64,000 nt of DNA from Candidatus Bathyarchaeota archaeon (GCA_963739305.1 CAVTZU010000020.1:32001-96000), one strand, 5' to 3'. Counted from the first letter of the stretch, positions 51,041 through 61,488 are shown. Program-made: numbers and translations. Notes: generated by a model from the sequence alone, not told the origin.

Positions 51041-52439
51041 TCATGCCGTTTTTCCAAAGTTGTTGGCAAGTATGATGATGTCAAAGATGTCGATCACGTT
51101 GTCTTGATCGAGGTCAGCTAGGCTATTCCAATTGGGATGCCCAGGATAAGACCCGAATGCTGATGCCGCCTGAATAGCGTCAAGAATTTCCACGATGCCG
51201 TCCCCATTCAAGTCTCCAATGAGAGGACCGATGGGAAGCATTCGTGGATACCTGTCTTGATTGTTCTCGTCTATTACGTAGGATTTGTCCCCTATACCAT
51301 CGCTTCCAGTTATGTTCTGATATGGACCACTATACGACGTCTATGTCCTTGTATTCACTCCAGTGGTTTCCACCCGAAGGATAACCGTTATCCCAAGTGT
51401 TCATAGAATATTCACTTTCAATTTGATGAGTGTTGCCTATGAAGTTGTTGTGAAAGATGCTATTGTTAGAAGTTGCGTAGACGTAGATACCACAATCGTT
51501 TCTTGTGAAATTGTTACTACATATGACGTTGTTAACACTCTCTAAAGTCATAGAGATACCCTGCAGGTTTTCAGCTATGCTGTTTCCAGTAACTGTGTTG
51601 TTAGAAGACTCACCGATATAGATGCCAGCCCCGTTACTTGCTATGCTGTTTCCAGAGACTGTGTTAGAGGAACCGTAGAGGTAGATGCCAGTATCGTTGT
51701 TTGCTGTTATGTTGTTTCCAGAGACTGTATTGTTGGAAGAAGACTCGTCGAGAAAGATGCCATCCCAACTGTTTGCTGTTATGCTGTTTCCGCTAATGCC
51801 ATTGGTGGAGGAATTGCCGAGCAAGATGCCAGCCAAATTGTTGGATATTCGGTTTTCCCTAATGCTGTTGTCGTTTGAGGAGTCATGGAGCACGATGCCA
51901 TTGATACTGTTTGCCGTTATGATATTTTCGTCAATGCTGTTGTTGTTTGAAGAATAATAGAGTCGGATACCATCAATACTGTTTGCTGTTATGCTGTTTC
52001 GTCTCATGGTGTTATTTGAGGAATATTCGAGCACGATGCCAAACCAGTTGTTCGCTATGCTGTTGCCAATGAGAGTGACTGTGCTCGTGTAGTTGAGGTA
52101 TATGCCATACCAAGAGTTTCTGATGGTCGCATTTTGGACTGTCACGTTGCTTCTCACGGATAAGTCTATTCCAGGCTCAATTCCCGTTCCTTGAACAACG
52201 TAGCCTGCTCCGTCAACCACGATGTTATCTCTCTCCACAACAATAGAATCATGAATATTGCCAGTGAAATTGTAGACATCCCCGTTTCGCTGGATGGGGG
52301 CTGTTGACGGATCTATTGAACCGTCAGCCCTAATGTATATGGTTCCAGGCTCTGCTTGGGCTAAACGCATGCTGAATGCCGCTGCAAACATGCTTGCTGA
52401 CAAGAGTGTAAGCATTATTCCAGCAATAGTTCTGTTCAT
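51041..52439 (-). CDS. Secreted beta-helix protein with dockerin-like domain (array gene 5; +1 frameshift near 51335)
   Basis: ORFs 51330-52448 and 51041-51241 join through YSGPYQN.TGSDGIGD. Confidence 0.85.
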
Positions 52440-53472
52440 CAGCTGCACCTTCTCGTCGCTTTTCTTTTTGCGGCAACAGCAAAAAATGTAAAAATAACAA
52501 ACAATGGTGGAATTAGGAATGATGGAAACTCTGGAATTGCGTATTGAACCATAATTGGATAGTGGTCTGTGTTGTTTGCGTCAATGACATAAGGAGTGTC
52601 GCCGATACCATCGTGGTCTGCATCAGTTCCATTATAGTCGCTCCAGTAGTTGCCTTCGTAACCATTGTCCCAGAAATTCGCCAGTTGGGCGTAATCGCTC
52701 ATCTGGGCGGTGTTGCTGATGAAGTTGTTATGACAAAAAGTATTGTTTGAAGAGTCGTAACCGAGACCGATGCCACAGTTATTGTTTGCGATGTCGTTTC
52801 CATTTATACTATTGTTTAAAGAGGATTCGAAGTAAATGCCATACAAGCTGTTGTCCGCTACGTTATTTTCGCTTATGATGTTGTTGAAAGACCTGTAAAA
52901 GTGGATGCCCTCAACGTTATCTGCTATGTTGTTTCCGAATATGCTGCAAATCCTGACAAAGTGGACACCGAAATACGAGAGCCTTAGACCGCAGCCATTG
53001 TTTGTCATGTTATTTCCTGAAACTGTATTGTCAGAACCACCTTCGACGTAGATACTATCCCCAGGGTTCGCCGTTATGTTATTTCCAGAAATTGTGTTCG
53101 CAGAACCAAAGATATATATGCCCTTGAGGAAGTTTCGGATGCTTGCGTTTTTGATTGTCACGTTGCTTCTTTCATCTAGACTTATGCCTATGGAGTCATA
53201 AGCCCCTGTTCCTTGAACAGTGTAGCCTGCCCCATCCAGCACAATGTTATCTCTCTCAACCACATGCCATCAGCAACGCTGGCGATGTTTCCAGTCAAAG
53301 TGTAAGTAGCATTGTCTAATGTTGATATAGGCGCATCTGGCGGGTCTATGCTTCCGTCAGCCCTGATGTAAATTGTTCGCTTTGCCTTGACTGGTTGAAT
53401 GTTAAGCGCCAAGCTGAACATGCTTACCAATAGAAGAGTCATCATGATTCCGAGGACTACTCTTTTTGACAT
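52439..53472 (-). CDS. Secreted beta-helix protein with PEF-CTERM anchor (array gene 6; -1 frameshift near 53264)
   Basis: Signal peptide, beta-helix, and C-terminal IPEFP followed by a TM and KRK. Confidence 0.85.
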
Positions 53473-53487
53473 TGTCTCCTCCAAATG

Positions 53488-55740
53488 CTAATGCTTTCCA
53501 AAGTTGTTGGCAAGCATGATGATGTCAAAGATGTCGATAATGTTGTCATGGTTGAGGTCTGCCTGTCCATTCCAATTTGGATGCCCGGGGTACGAGCCGA
53601 AAGCCAAAGCTGCCAATATCGCGTCCGATATGTCAACAATTCTGTCCAGGTTGATGTCTCCCAACACAAAACCATATGGCTTCACAAGCGGATACCAATC
53701 TATATTGATTGTATCAATAGTGTATGGAGTGTCGCCTATTCCGTCGCTGCCAGTCTCGTTCTGATAAGGACCGCTGTACAAGTCAGTGCCGTTGTAATCA
53801 CTCCAGTAGTTGCCGCCAGAAGGATACGCGTTGTTCCAGATGTTGATTCCTGGCGCATGCGCCGCGGGAAACGTATCATTGATCATGTTGTTGTGGAAAA
53901 TGAGGTTGAGGCTACCATATGTGTAGAGCGCAATCGTTGATATGCCGACAAAGCTGTCAGCAAAGGTGTTGTCGTGAATAAGATTATTACTGCTCCCCAA
54001 AATCATCGCTCCAACTTCCAACATCCGCAGTTCGGGTGAAAGGTCCACCCAAGCCTCCTCGGGGAAAAAGGGGGCCATTTCAGGAAAGCGATGCATTTCT
54101 AGGAGAGACCAAATGTCACTCCCACTCACCAAATTCCCCGAGATGATGCTACCGAATGTATCGGGGAGGTAGATTCCAAGTGGATCTCTCAAAAGCGTGT
54201 TGTTTGTTATTATGCTACTGTTGCTCGAGATCCGCATTCCCACTCCGTTGTCAACAATAATGTTTCTCTTGACCGTGGTGTCGAAAGAAGTATAATCGAC
54301 GGACGACCACTCATCATCTGCGAGTGACCAGTAGCGATAGCCTTTGGCATCAATAGCATAAACGGTGTCACTTATCGAGTTGTCTGTTATAATCGTGTTG
54401 TTTGAAGCTACCGCAAGAACGCCTTGAACGTTTTTCGACAGGTTCAAACCCTCAACCAATATGTTCGTGCAGTTTATCAGTATCACGCATCCAGCGTCTG
54501 TTGGAACTTTTTGGTCGTGCTGATTTATCCAATAGATTATTGACCTGCCATCAACAGTGTTGGACACGTCGATGTCATTCACGAGTTCAACTAGCGGATC
54601 CATGTTAGCTGAATTCGCCAAAGAGAGACTATATATTTGGGGAGGTATGCCAAAGTTCATTTGGCCACCGCTAATACTGTTGTTTCTCATTGTTGTAAAT
54701 TTTGTAACCTCGGCCAAGTAGATGCCGTTCAAATTATCTTCAAGTGTATTCCCAACTATAGTGTTGTTGTTACTGTATATCCATTCATATATGCCGTAAG
54801 CGTTCCCAGTAATGTTATTGTCGACGATCGAAGTGTTATTCGAAAAGAGAAGCAATATGCCCTGCAGGTTGTTCGATAGACTGCAGCCCTTTACCGTGAT
54901 ATTATTGCAGTCGTTCAACCATACGTACCCAGCATCAGTTGGGACATGCTCATCGCTTCGATTATCCCAGAAGTAAATGGGTTTTCCATTCACCGTGTTA
55001 GAAGAATCTATATCATTGACAACTCCATGTCTTGCAGGGGTGCCACCCACGAAGTTTGCTGTTTGTCCGTCTATAATAAGCCCAAAGTTGTAAGTGTTGC
55101 CGGTCATATTGTTGTTTCTAAGAATGTTGTTATTCGAGTAACCCTCTAGAGTCAAACCGTGTTTGCTGTTTGAAACAGTGTTGTTGACTATGATATTATC
55201 AGCAGAGCTGAGAAGATGAATGCCAAACAAGGTATTGTTTGCTAAGAAGTTATTAGATACCGTATTATTGGCAGAACTTCGCAGCAGAATACCTCCATAA
55301 AGATTGTTTATGATTTGATTGTCTTCTATTCTATTGCCAGTGAACGTCGGAAGTAATCCCCACCAATACACAACAACACCGTATTCTCCGTTTCTTACTG
55401 TAAATCCGCTTATGCTAGAATTATTATTTATAAGCCATATTGTTCCATAGGGTCCAGTTCCGTTTCCATCGACAATCGTATTATCCCTGTTTTCTCCGAC
55501 AAGAGAAACAGTCTGGTTTACCCACACGTTTTCATAGTATGTTCCGTTGTGTACGTATATTGTGTCTCCGTTGCTCGCTGCGTTTACTGCTTCTTGTATC
55601 GTGTGAAAGTCTGCTGGTCCATCATCGTCCACAGTCCATGTTCGCGGTTCTGCCTTGACAGGTTGAATGTTAAATGCCAAAGTCAACATGCTTGTTAACA
55701 GCAAAATGAACATCACCACAGAAAATACTCGCTTCAGCAA
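53488..55740 (-). CDS. Secreted beta-helix protein with dockerin-like domain (array gene 7)
   Basis: WTVDDDGPADF.TIQEA, two ID.SNTV.G..I..W inserts, and a dockerin. Confidence 0.9.
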   Translation of the reverse strand: MLKRVFSVVMFILLLTSMLTLAFNIQPVKAEPRTWTVDDDGPADFHTIQEAVNAASNGDTIYVHNGTYYENVWVNQTVSLVGENRDNTIVDGNGTGPYGTIWLINNNSSISGFTVRNGEYGVVVYWWGLLPTFTGNRIEDNQIINNLYGGILLRSSANNTVSNNFLANNTLFGIHLLSSADNIIVNNTVSNSKHGLTLEGYSNNNILRNNNMTGNTYNFGLIIDGQTANFVGGTPARHGVVNDIDSSNTVNGKPIYFWDNRSDEHVPTDAGYVWLNDCNNITVKGCSLSNNLQGILLLFSNNTSIVDNNITGNAYGIYEWIYSNNNTIVGNTLEDNLNGIYLAEVTKFTTMRNNSISGGQMNFGIPPQIYSLSLANSANMDPLVELVNDIDVSNTVDGRSIIYWINQHDQKVPTDAGCVILINCTNILVEGLNLSKNVQGVLAVASNNTIITDNSISDTVYAIDAKGYRYWSLADDEWSSVDYTSFDTTVKRNIIVDNGVGMRISSNSSIITNNTLLRDPLGIYLPDTFGSIISGNLVSGSDIWSLLEMHRFPEMAPFFPEEAWVDLSPELRMLEVGAMILGSSNNLIHDNTFADSFVGISTIALYTYGSLNLIFHNNMINDTFPAAHAPGINIWNNAYPSGGNYWSDYNGTDLYSGPYQNETGSDGIGDTPYTIDTINIDWYPLVKPYGFVLGDINLDRIVDISDAILAALAFGSYPGHPNWNGQADLNHDNIIDIFDIIMLANNFGKH

Positions 55741-55901
55741 TCCCCGCTCCCCAACTTACATAGGTGTAATCGCTAGATATGACTTGTGAAGAAATCTTCT
55801 ATGGCACGAGTACTTGCCACAAATAAGAGTGGTTGCGGTAGTGCGCGCGCTAAACCATGTGAAAAGATAACTGCAACGTACTTTTGGTACGCTTGAGTTT
55901 C

Positions 55902-57032
55902 TTAGATGTGTTTGTAGACTTGCTTGTCAGTGTAATTACCGCTTTCCATTTCATTCTCTATTTCTTTTAGCAGAAGGATCCGCTCATAGGTGCGTGGGTG
56001 AGTGGAGAACAGTAGATTTATTCTTCTCCAGCTTCGCTGAAGACTATTGAATATTCTACCTCCTCCTTCAAGCTGTTTTTCTTCCTCGTCCATGGCCAGC
56101 TCAAGCTCTCTTTCTTCAAGAACGCCGTCGCCGTCCAAGTCGTATTCTTCTTTGCGTTCAATTATCCCTTCAAATTCCTTTTTGGCTGCAGCAGGATCGC
56201 CGATGTAGAAAGTTCGAATTCCGAAGTCTGAGTTGGGCTTGGGGCTGAGCGATAAGCCGTAGGTTATCTTGGTTAGAGCACTTTGAAGTTGGCGTGGAGA
56301 TTGTGTGAGGTAAGCGGAGTAGGCGTCTGCGTAGTGCTCTCTTAAGCGACTCAGACTGCGCAAAGACAAGAGTGAAAGCGTGTAGAAGAGTAGGGGGAAG
56401 AGTGCGGCGATCAGAATCAGTATACGGCCTATAATCTGGCCGATGATACTTCCAATTATGTTGGAGTCTTTTGAGGAGGAGGAACCCGGCGAGAATGCTG
56501 CCTTAACGAGCATCATGAAGATTGCATAGATTAGAATGGGTATCGCGGCCAGCGTTGTCATTACGGCGCAATCGTTGTGTTTTAGGTGTCCAAGTTCATG
56601 GCCGATTACGCCTTCAATTTCCTCTTCGCTTAGTTTTTTGAGAAGGCCCTCATTGACGACAAGGGTTGCTCCTTTCTTTGTCCTTCCAAACACGAATGCG
56701 TTGGGCGCGTCATCCGTTACGATTGCCAATCTGGGGATGGGAATACCGCTCCTGTCTGAAAGTTTTTTCACGGTTTTTTCGAGCCAGGGATTTTCTTGGG
56801 GCTGCAGGTATCTGAGTTTTGTTGAACGTTTAACAATCCATGGACCAGTTAGAAACTGGATCAAGAACAAGAATAGAATAAACGCAACGACGTAGAGCGG
56901 ATGAACTAGAAATCCTATGCCCAGCAAGAAAGGAACAATGTAAAGAGGTATTGCGAGGAAAAAACAAAACACTAGGAAAAGAAGCATGGCTGCGATTGTC
57001 ATGGAAAGTTTCAGACGTGAAAGTCCAGCCAT
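55902..57032 (-). CDS. htpX: HtpX-like M48 membrane zinc protease
   Basis: PNAFVFG, GHELGH, SRLREHYAD and STHP...R. Confidence 0.88.
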   Translation of the reverse strand: MAGLSRLKLSMTIAAMLLFLVFCFFLAIPLYIVPFLLGIGFLVHPLYVVAFILFLFLIQFLTGPWIVKRSTKLRYLQPQENPWLEKTVKKLSDRSGIPIPRLAIVTDDAPNAFVFGRTKKGATLVVNEGLLKKLSEEEIEGVIGHELGHLKHNDCAVMTTLAAIPILIYAIFMMLVKAAFSPGSSSSKDSNIIGSIIGQIIGRILILIAALFPLLFYTLSLLSLRSLSRLREHYADAYSAYLTQSPRQLQSALTKITYGLSLSPKPNSDFGIRTFYIGDPAAAKKEFEGIIERKEEYDLDGDGVLEERELELAMDEEEKQLEGGGRIFNSLQRSWRRINLLFSTHPRTYERILLLKEIENEMESGNYTDKQVYKHI

Positions 57033-57096
57033 TATGTCAGCTTCTCACAGCTTTTTGAGCTTGAAGAACTCGTCAAGCGCGCGACCTTGTCCAGGT

Positions 57097-60000
57097 CTAA
57101 TCTGGGCCCTTTAACCAACCGCGGATTCCAAGCTCTTTCACAGTAACCGTTAGCTGTTCAAACTGGAAATACTTGTGCTCTCCAGCCTCGTCCATGAACT
57201 CAATTTTCGGCGTGAAAACGAATTCTCCCTTCCTTTTAGGTTTCAATGTCAGCTTCATTGCCTCGTTCTCCAGAGGAGCCATTCTTCTGCCTTTTAGGCT
57301 AAGTAGTTCCCCCAGAACTAGGCATTTTTCGGGTTTTCCTATCAGATCGAATCCTTCCGGTATAATCTTCTGCACGCCTAACAAGAAAGCTGGGTTCTTC
57401 CCAAGATTGGCAATCTGAATCTCCAAGTCAAGGTTTTCACCAACCGCAACCTCATTCTTATGCACAATCAAGTTTCCTTGAATAAATGCAGGTTCAAGCC
57501 TCAGCAAGCCAACAGGCTCTTCTATGTTCAAACTCGGTGCAGAGATCGTCTTGGTACTAGATGCGTCGCTGGGGACGGCGAGCAACTCCCCTAGAGACAG
57601 GACGAATTCGCTTTTTTCCTTGACCTTCTCAACCATCTTGAGAACTTCGTCTCTTTTTCCGGTGAACCCAGCTGTCTCATAGAGCCCAGCTGATCGTACC
57701 AGACACCTCTCAGCCAGGAGATAGGCCTTGTTTTTCTTTTCGAGATCAACTTCTATTTCGGCGCCGAGCATGTAGTTGTAAGCATCGAATAGAATCTCTG
57801 TCGCATTTGTCCACAGAGATGCATTGTGGAAACCTGCCTTCAAGTAGTAGTTCGCTGCACTTTCAAGCAGCTGTTTGGCTTTCGACAAATCATCTCTGCT
57901 TTTCGTTTCTTCGAACATGGTTCCGTGTTCAAGTGCTTTGCAGAAAGCGCTGTTGCCGGAAGCTAGTAAGGCTGTTGTGTCCTTGGCGGCGTGTTCTTTT
58001 GCTTTGAGAAACATCTCAGAAGCACTATGATACAGCTCGGGTGAAGCCCTTCCATCAGCTAACTTCATCTTTTGCCATGCACGACACATCAACGCAAGTG
58101 ATTCTATTTCCTTTTGATCTGTTTCGATCGTTGTTGTCTCATACATTTCCTCCAGCGTAGTGGCTGCTGAACCGTACTTGTCTGCGCTTTCAGCGTGGTT
58201 TCCATTTCGGTCATACATTCTTGCTTCTTCTAAATTCATTCTTGCATTGCAGTAGTCCTTTCTTCGGACAGAAGCTTCCTTGAGTTCAATTGTCTTTTCC
58301 TTTTCCTCTAGGTTTTGGGTCTTTTCGGTTTCTTCCTCGAAAACTTGCGCGGCCTCTTCAAAACATTCAGCCGCTTTCTTGAAAGCCTCAATCGAATCGG
58401 TGATATTGTCACGTCTGCTCAGGTCCTCTCCTTTTTCCAAAAGAGAACATGCAAGAAAGTTCATGGATAGATAGCTCCACAGTTTCAATGGCTTCAGAAG
58501 GTCTGCAGCCTTTTCGTAGTGATTCAATGCAGCATCGTATTTTTCCTGTGTGTGGGCAACCTTGGCTTTCTCGATCTCACTCCATGCCTTCATATAGGTT
58601 GAATGATCTAAGTAGAAATTTTCAAAGTGGGGATTTCCCTGAGCAGCACTTTTGTATTCCAAGAATGCGTTTTCGAAATTTCCAACAGCCTCTTGATTCT
58701 TTCCAAGGCGATCTTGATTTTTTGCCATTGCCCAATAGGACTCGGCGGCACGACTTGGCAACTTTCCTTTCTTGAATTCTTTTGCAGCTCCTGCATAAGC
58801 CTCGATAGTTCTGTCAAGTACTTTTTCGTCTTTGGTCAAAGCATAAAGCTCTGTCAGTGTTGCTCCCAAAGAGGCTTCATAATGCCCGACTGAAACTATC
58901 AGTGTGGGTATGGGGCGAACTAAAATCCATTTCCTGCAACGTGAGATTCCATCGTTCATATCTGAAATCGCACTTTCAAGAAGATCTCTTTTCTTTTCGT
59001 TCTCATTTTCCTCTTTTGCCAACGCCGCTTTTATTAGTCCTTCATAATTCTTGCCAACTCCACGCACCCAATCGTTGGTCGGAACTAATCTTTCGGTAAT
59101 CTTATTTGATTCTTGCCTGTGAACTAAAGCTTCTTCGAGGAGCCTTACCTTTTCATCTTTCTCAGCTTCAAGATTGGAACGGAAGTGAAGTGCTTTGCTT
59201 AAAGCATGAAGAGTGGAAACCGTGGCATCGGAGGAGCCTGAACGTTTCGCGTGTTCTAATCCGTCGCGTCCGATTTCTATTGCCTTTTCTAACATTGAGC
59301 GCTTCTCTTCTGAACTTGCTTCGAATTCCCGACCCAGCGAAGAATAACTTTCAGCATAGAACAAATCTGTTTCAGCGATGTAAAAATCCTGGGAGATCAT
59401 CTGAAGGTAGCGAATAGCGTCTTCAGCATATCTAATGATCTTCACGTGCCCTTCCTTCTTTTTTTCAGGGTCGGGTTCCCTTAGCGTCATCCAATCAGTC
59501 ACAAATGCAAGAACGTAAGATGCAACTCCTCTGAGGTAATTGTCCCTTACGATCGTTCCTTGTCTCAGCATTTCCTCGGCGTATTCGGAAGACAAGCCCA
59601 CCTTCTCAGTGAAAAGAAGCGTGCACATGGCTGCCGCCCAGTTTGCAATTGCGACATAATATGGGTTTTCAACATCTTTAGATAGTTCCAAAGCTTTCTG
59701 CGAGTAGTCCATGCTTTTTTGTGCAATTTCCTTTCGTTGTTGTTCTTCGACTACGTTTGCCGCATACCAGCCGTGGAGACTATAGGAAGAATAAGCCCGG
59801 AGGAGTTCAGTCTTGTCACCAAGGTTTGAGAGAACTGCAATAGCTTTGTTTGCGAGCTTGATTCCTTCATTGGCTATGCTTTTCATTTCCGTCCAGTCGT
59901 ATGCAACGTACGATCTTTCAACAAGACACAGAAGCAGATCGTTACACATTTTTCCATAGCTCATTTTGTCGCCAACGTCTTCATATGCCTCCAGACTCTT

Positions 60001-60405
60001 TTTTCCCAACCTGAGGCATTCGTCGAGCATTCTCTTTTTCTCTGATGGAGAAGACGCCAGCGAAGTGCGTATGTAATTCGCCATGGCACTCAATTTCAAG
60101 CGTTTGCCCGCAGTTTCCGGGCTACCTTCTTCTTCGAGAAGTTGGGCTGCAGCTTCGTATGCTTCCACTGCCAGTTGACCGACCTTCATGAACTTCTCTG
60201 GATCCTCGGCCTGCAAGGCGGCTTTGTTGAGGCAATAGCCAATCTTCTCTTGAAGGTCGGCTCTCTCAACGAGGTCGGCTTCTCCAACTTTGCCTGAGAC
60301 TCGTTTGTATAGTTCTGCAGCCTCCAGCCAATTGTACTCCTTCTCTTTACGCTTTGCTTCGTCGAGAATGATAGCTAGCTGTTGACTTGCAGGCATGATT
60401 GACAA
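57097..60405 (-). CDS. Large TPR-like alpha-solenoid protein with C-terminal Ig-like domain
   Basis: About 950 aa of A/E/K/Y-rich helical repeats, then VGE...L.I.I.NLG..PA...IP.GF...L.PK..G.F...P. Confidence 0.75.
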   Translation of the reverse strand: MSIMPASQQLAIILDEAKRKEKEYNWLEAAELYKRVSGKVGEADLVERADLQEKIGYCLNKAALQAEDPEKFMKVGQLAVEAYEAAAQLLEEEGSPETAGKRLKLSAMANYIRTSLASSPSEKKRMLDECLRLGKKSLEAYEDVGDKMSYGKMCNDLLLCLVERSYVAYDWTEMKSIANEGIKLANKAIAVLSNLGDKTELLRAYSSYSLHGWYAANVVEEQQRKEIAQKSMDYSQKALELSKDVENPYYVAIANWAAAMCTLLFTEKVGLSSEYAEEMLRQGTIVRDNYLRGVASYVLAFVTDWMTLREPDPEKKKEGHVKIIRYAEDAIRYLQMISQDFYIAETDLFYAESYSSLGREFEASSEEKRSMLEKAIEIGRDGLEHAKRSGSSDATVSTLHALSKALHFRSNLEAEKDEKVRLLEEALVHRQESNKITERLVPTNDWVRGVGKNYEGLIKAALAKEENENEKKRDLLESAISDMNDGISRCRKWILVRPIPTLIVSVGHYEASLGATLTELYALTKDEKVLDRTIEAYAGAAKEFKKGKLPSRAAESYWAMAKNQDRLGKNQEAVGNFENAFLEYKSAAQGNPHFENFYLDHSTYMKAWSEIEKAKVAHTQEKYDAALNHYEKAADLLKPLKLWSYLSMNFLACSLLEKGEDLSRRDNITDSIEAFKKAAECFEEAAQVFEEETEKTQNLEEKEKTIELKEASVRRKDYCNARMNLEEARMYDRNGNHAESADKYGSAATTLEEMYETTTIETDQKEIESLALMCRAWQKMKLADGRASPELYHSASEMFLKAKEHAAKDTTALLASGNSAFCKALEHGTMFEETKSRDDLSKAKQLLESAANYYLKAGFHNASLWTNATEILFDAYNYMLGAEIEVDLEKKNKAYLLAERCLVRSAGLYETAGFTGKRDEVLKMVEKVKEKSEFVLSLGELLAVPSDASSTKTISAPSLNIEEPVGLLRLEPAFIQGNLIVHKNEVAVGENLDLEIQIANLGKNPAFLLGVQKIIPEGFDLIGKPEKCLVLGELLSLKGRRMAPLENEAMKLTLKPKRKGEFVFTPKIEFMDEAGEHKYFQFEQLTVTVKELGIRGWLKGPD

Positions 60406-60457
60406 GCCTCAATTAGCGTATCTTGTTTCAGAGGGGATTCTTGAAAGCACGCGTGCA

Positions 60458-60888
60458 TCAAGTGATTCCGAACATAGATTCGAGGCGGTCGCGCGTTTCT
60501 CCAATAATCAAATGATATTTTTTGCTGTATCTTTTGGTAATGTCTTCCCATCGTTCGCCTTACGTTCTGCCTTAGGGTACCATCGCCACAGCTTAAGACG
60601 GGCGCTTGTCATCGAAACAGGCGGTAAGATGATCCTGATCTCTACTGGAGCGGAATGTTCAGCTGTTGTTTTGATGCGGTAGTATTGTCTTATCTTGCGG
60701 CGGGGCGGAGGTTTTGGTCCAGTCTCACGCTTAGTTACAGTTGTGGAGCCTTTTTGCAAAACTTCTCTGAAAGTCAGACAAACATCGTCTGTGGGAAAAA
60801 CTGTGATGTTTTTCCCTTTGTTTGTTACTGCTCCGATGTTACTCATGCTTTTCCCGTAGGTATAATATTCGTCATGAGGCTTTATCAT
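60458..60888 (-). CDS. Small beta-sandwich protein resembling PGF-pre-PGF-type surface domains (frameshift near 60565)
   Basis: LTF..V...G.T.V....GP.PP...YY.I.TTA, continuing WEDIT......I.GET....S.FGIT* in another frame. Confidence 0.5.
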
Positions 60889-60952
60889 TTTCGCCCGCAG
60901 GCTCTGCGAAGGTTTTGTTACAATATTTGGTTTTTGGGGGTAAAGTTTTATC

Positions 60953-61050
60953 TTTCTCTCTCTCCTACTCACTAACTCTCTATACCTACCTCTCTCTGTA
61001 AGACACAGACAGACAAACAGACACACAAACAGACAGAAACAGATAGACAA
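60953..61050. repeat. Degenerate microsatellite: pyrimidine-rich CT/CTAC tract followed by (ACAG/ACAA/ACAC)n
   Basis: TCTCTCTCTCCTACTCACTAACTCTCTATACCTACCTCTCTCTG then AGACACAGACAGACAAACAGACACACAAACAGACAGAAACAGATAGAC. Confidence 0.8.
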
Positions 61051-61161
61051 CTGTCTTAAACCAGTTTTTGGTTTTGCGGAAAAGTTATAGGCGAACCAGA
61101 CAATATACTTAGAGTTTGACCTAGCGTGAACGAATAACAAGATGTGGAGGTGAACAGAAAT

Positions 61162-61488
61162 ATGGGTATCGTCTTTGTTTTAACATGCGGGATCAAAGAT
61201 GGAAAGCGAGCAGAATTTCAGGCTTTGATGAAAAAATTCCGAAAAATTATGAAGGCAGACCCGAAGGTTTTTGAAGGACTGATATCGTGGCGACTTTTCG
61301 AGCAAGAATACGGTGGAGTAGCTGGCACATACGTTGAAATGTGTGAATTCAAAAGCATGGAAGACATGGAGAAGTGGGAGAAGAGAATTTTCGAGCACAA
61401 AGAGATCAAGGAGCTTATGACAGAATGGCACAAAATAAAAGACCACCACACGCCTATTACGCAGTCAATATGGAATACTGTTGTGTAG
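61162..61488 (+). CDS. Small dimeric alpha-beta barrel (NIPSNAP/ABM-like) protein
   Basis: GGAGGTGA RBS. I..GK..EF...YVEM.EF.S.ED..KW pattern. Confidence 0.6.
   Translation: MGIVFVLTCGIKDGKRAEFQALMKKFRKIMKADPKVFEGLISWRLFEQEYGGVAGTYVEMCEFKSMEDMEKWEKRIFEHKEIKELMTEWHKIKDHHTPITQSIWNTVV

Larger units (their letters stand above)
6610..57090. repeat. Dispersed palindromic motif family, consensus TAGCGCGCGCTA (about 30 full or partial copies)
   Basis: Examples at 7535, 13207, 15096, 15153, 15446, 15549, 16415, 16459, 16560, 17388, 25556, 25652, 26590, 26817, 28390, 29124, 29177, 30616, 32344, 32640, 33620, 34229, 34977, 35190, 39151, 39363, 43444, 50994, 55839 and 57076. Confidence 0.9.

Noticed and set aside
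41596-55740. Diversity-generating retroelement (AAC-rich codons, repeated segments)
   Set aside because: No reverse transcriptase and no repeat pair differing only at adenines was seen. The Asn richness reflects beta-helix ladders.
6610-57090. Classical integron with attC sites
   Set aside because: There is no integron integrase, no GTTRRRY/RYYYAAC boxes or long attC hairpins, and the flanked genes are in mixed orientations.
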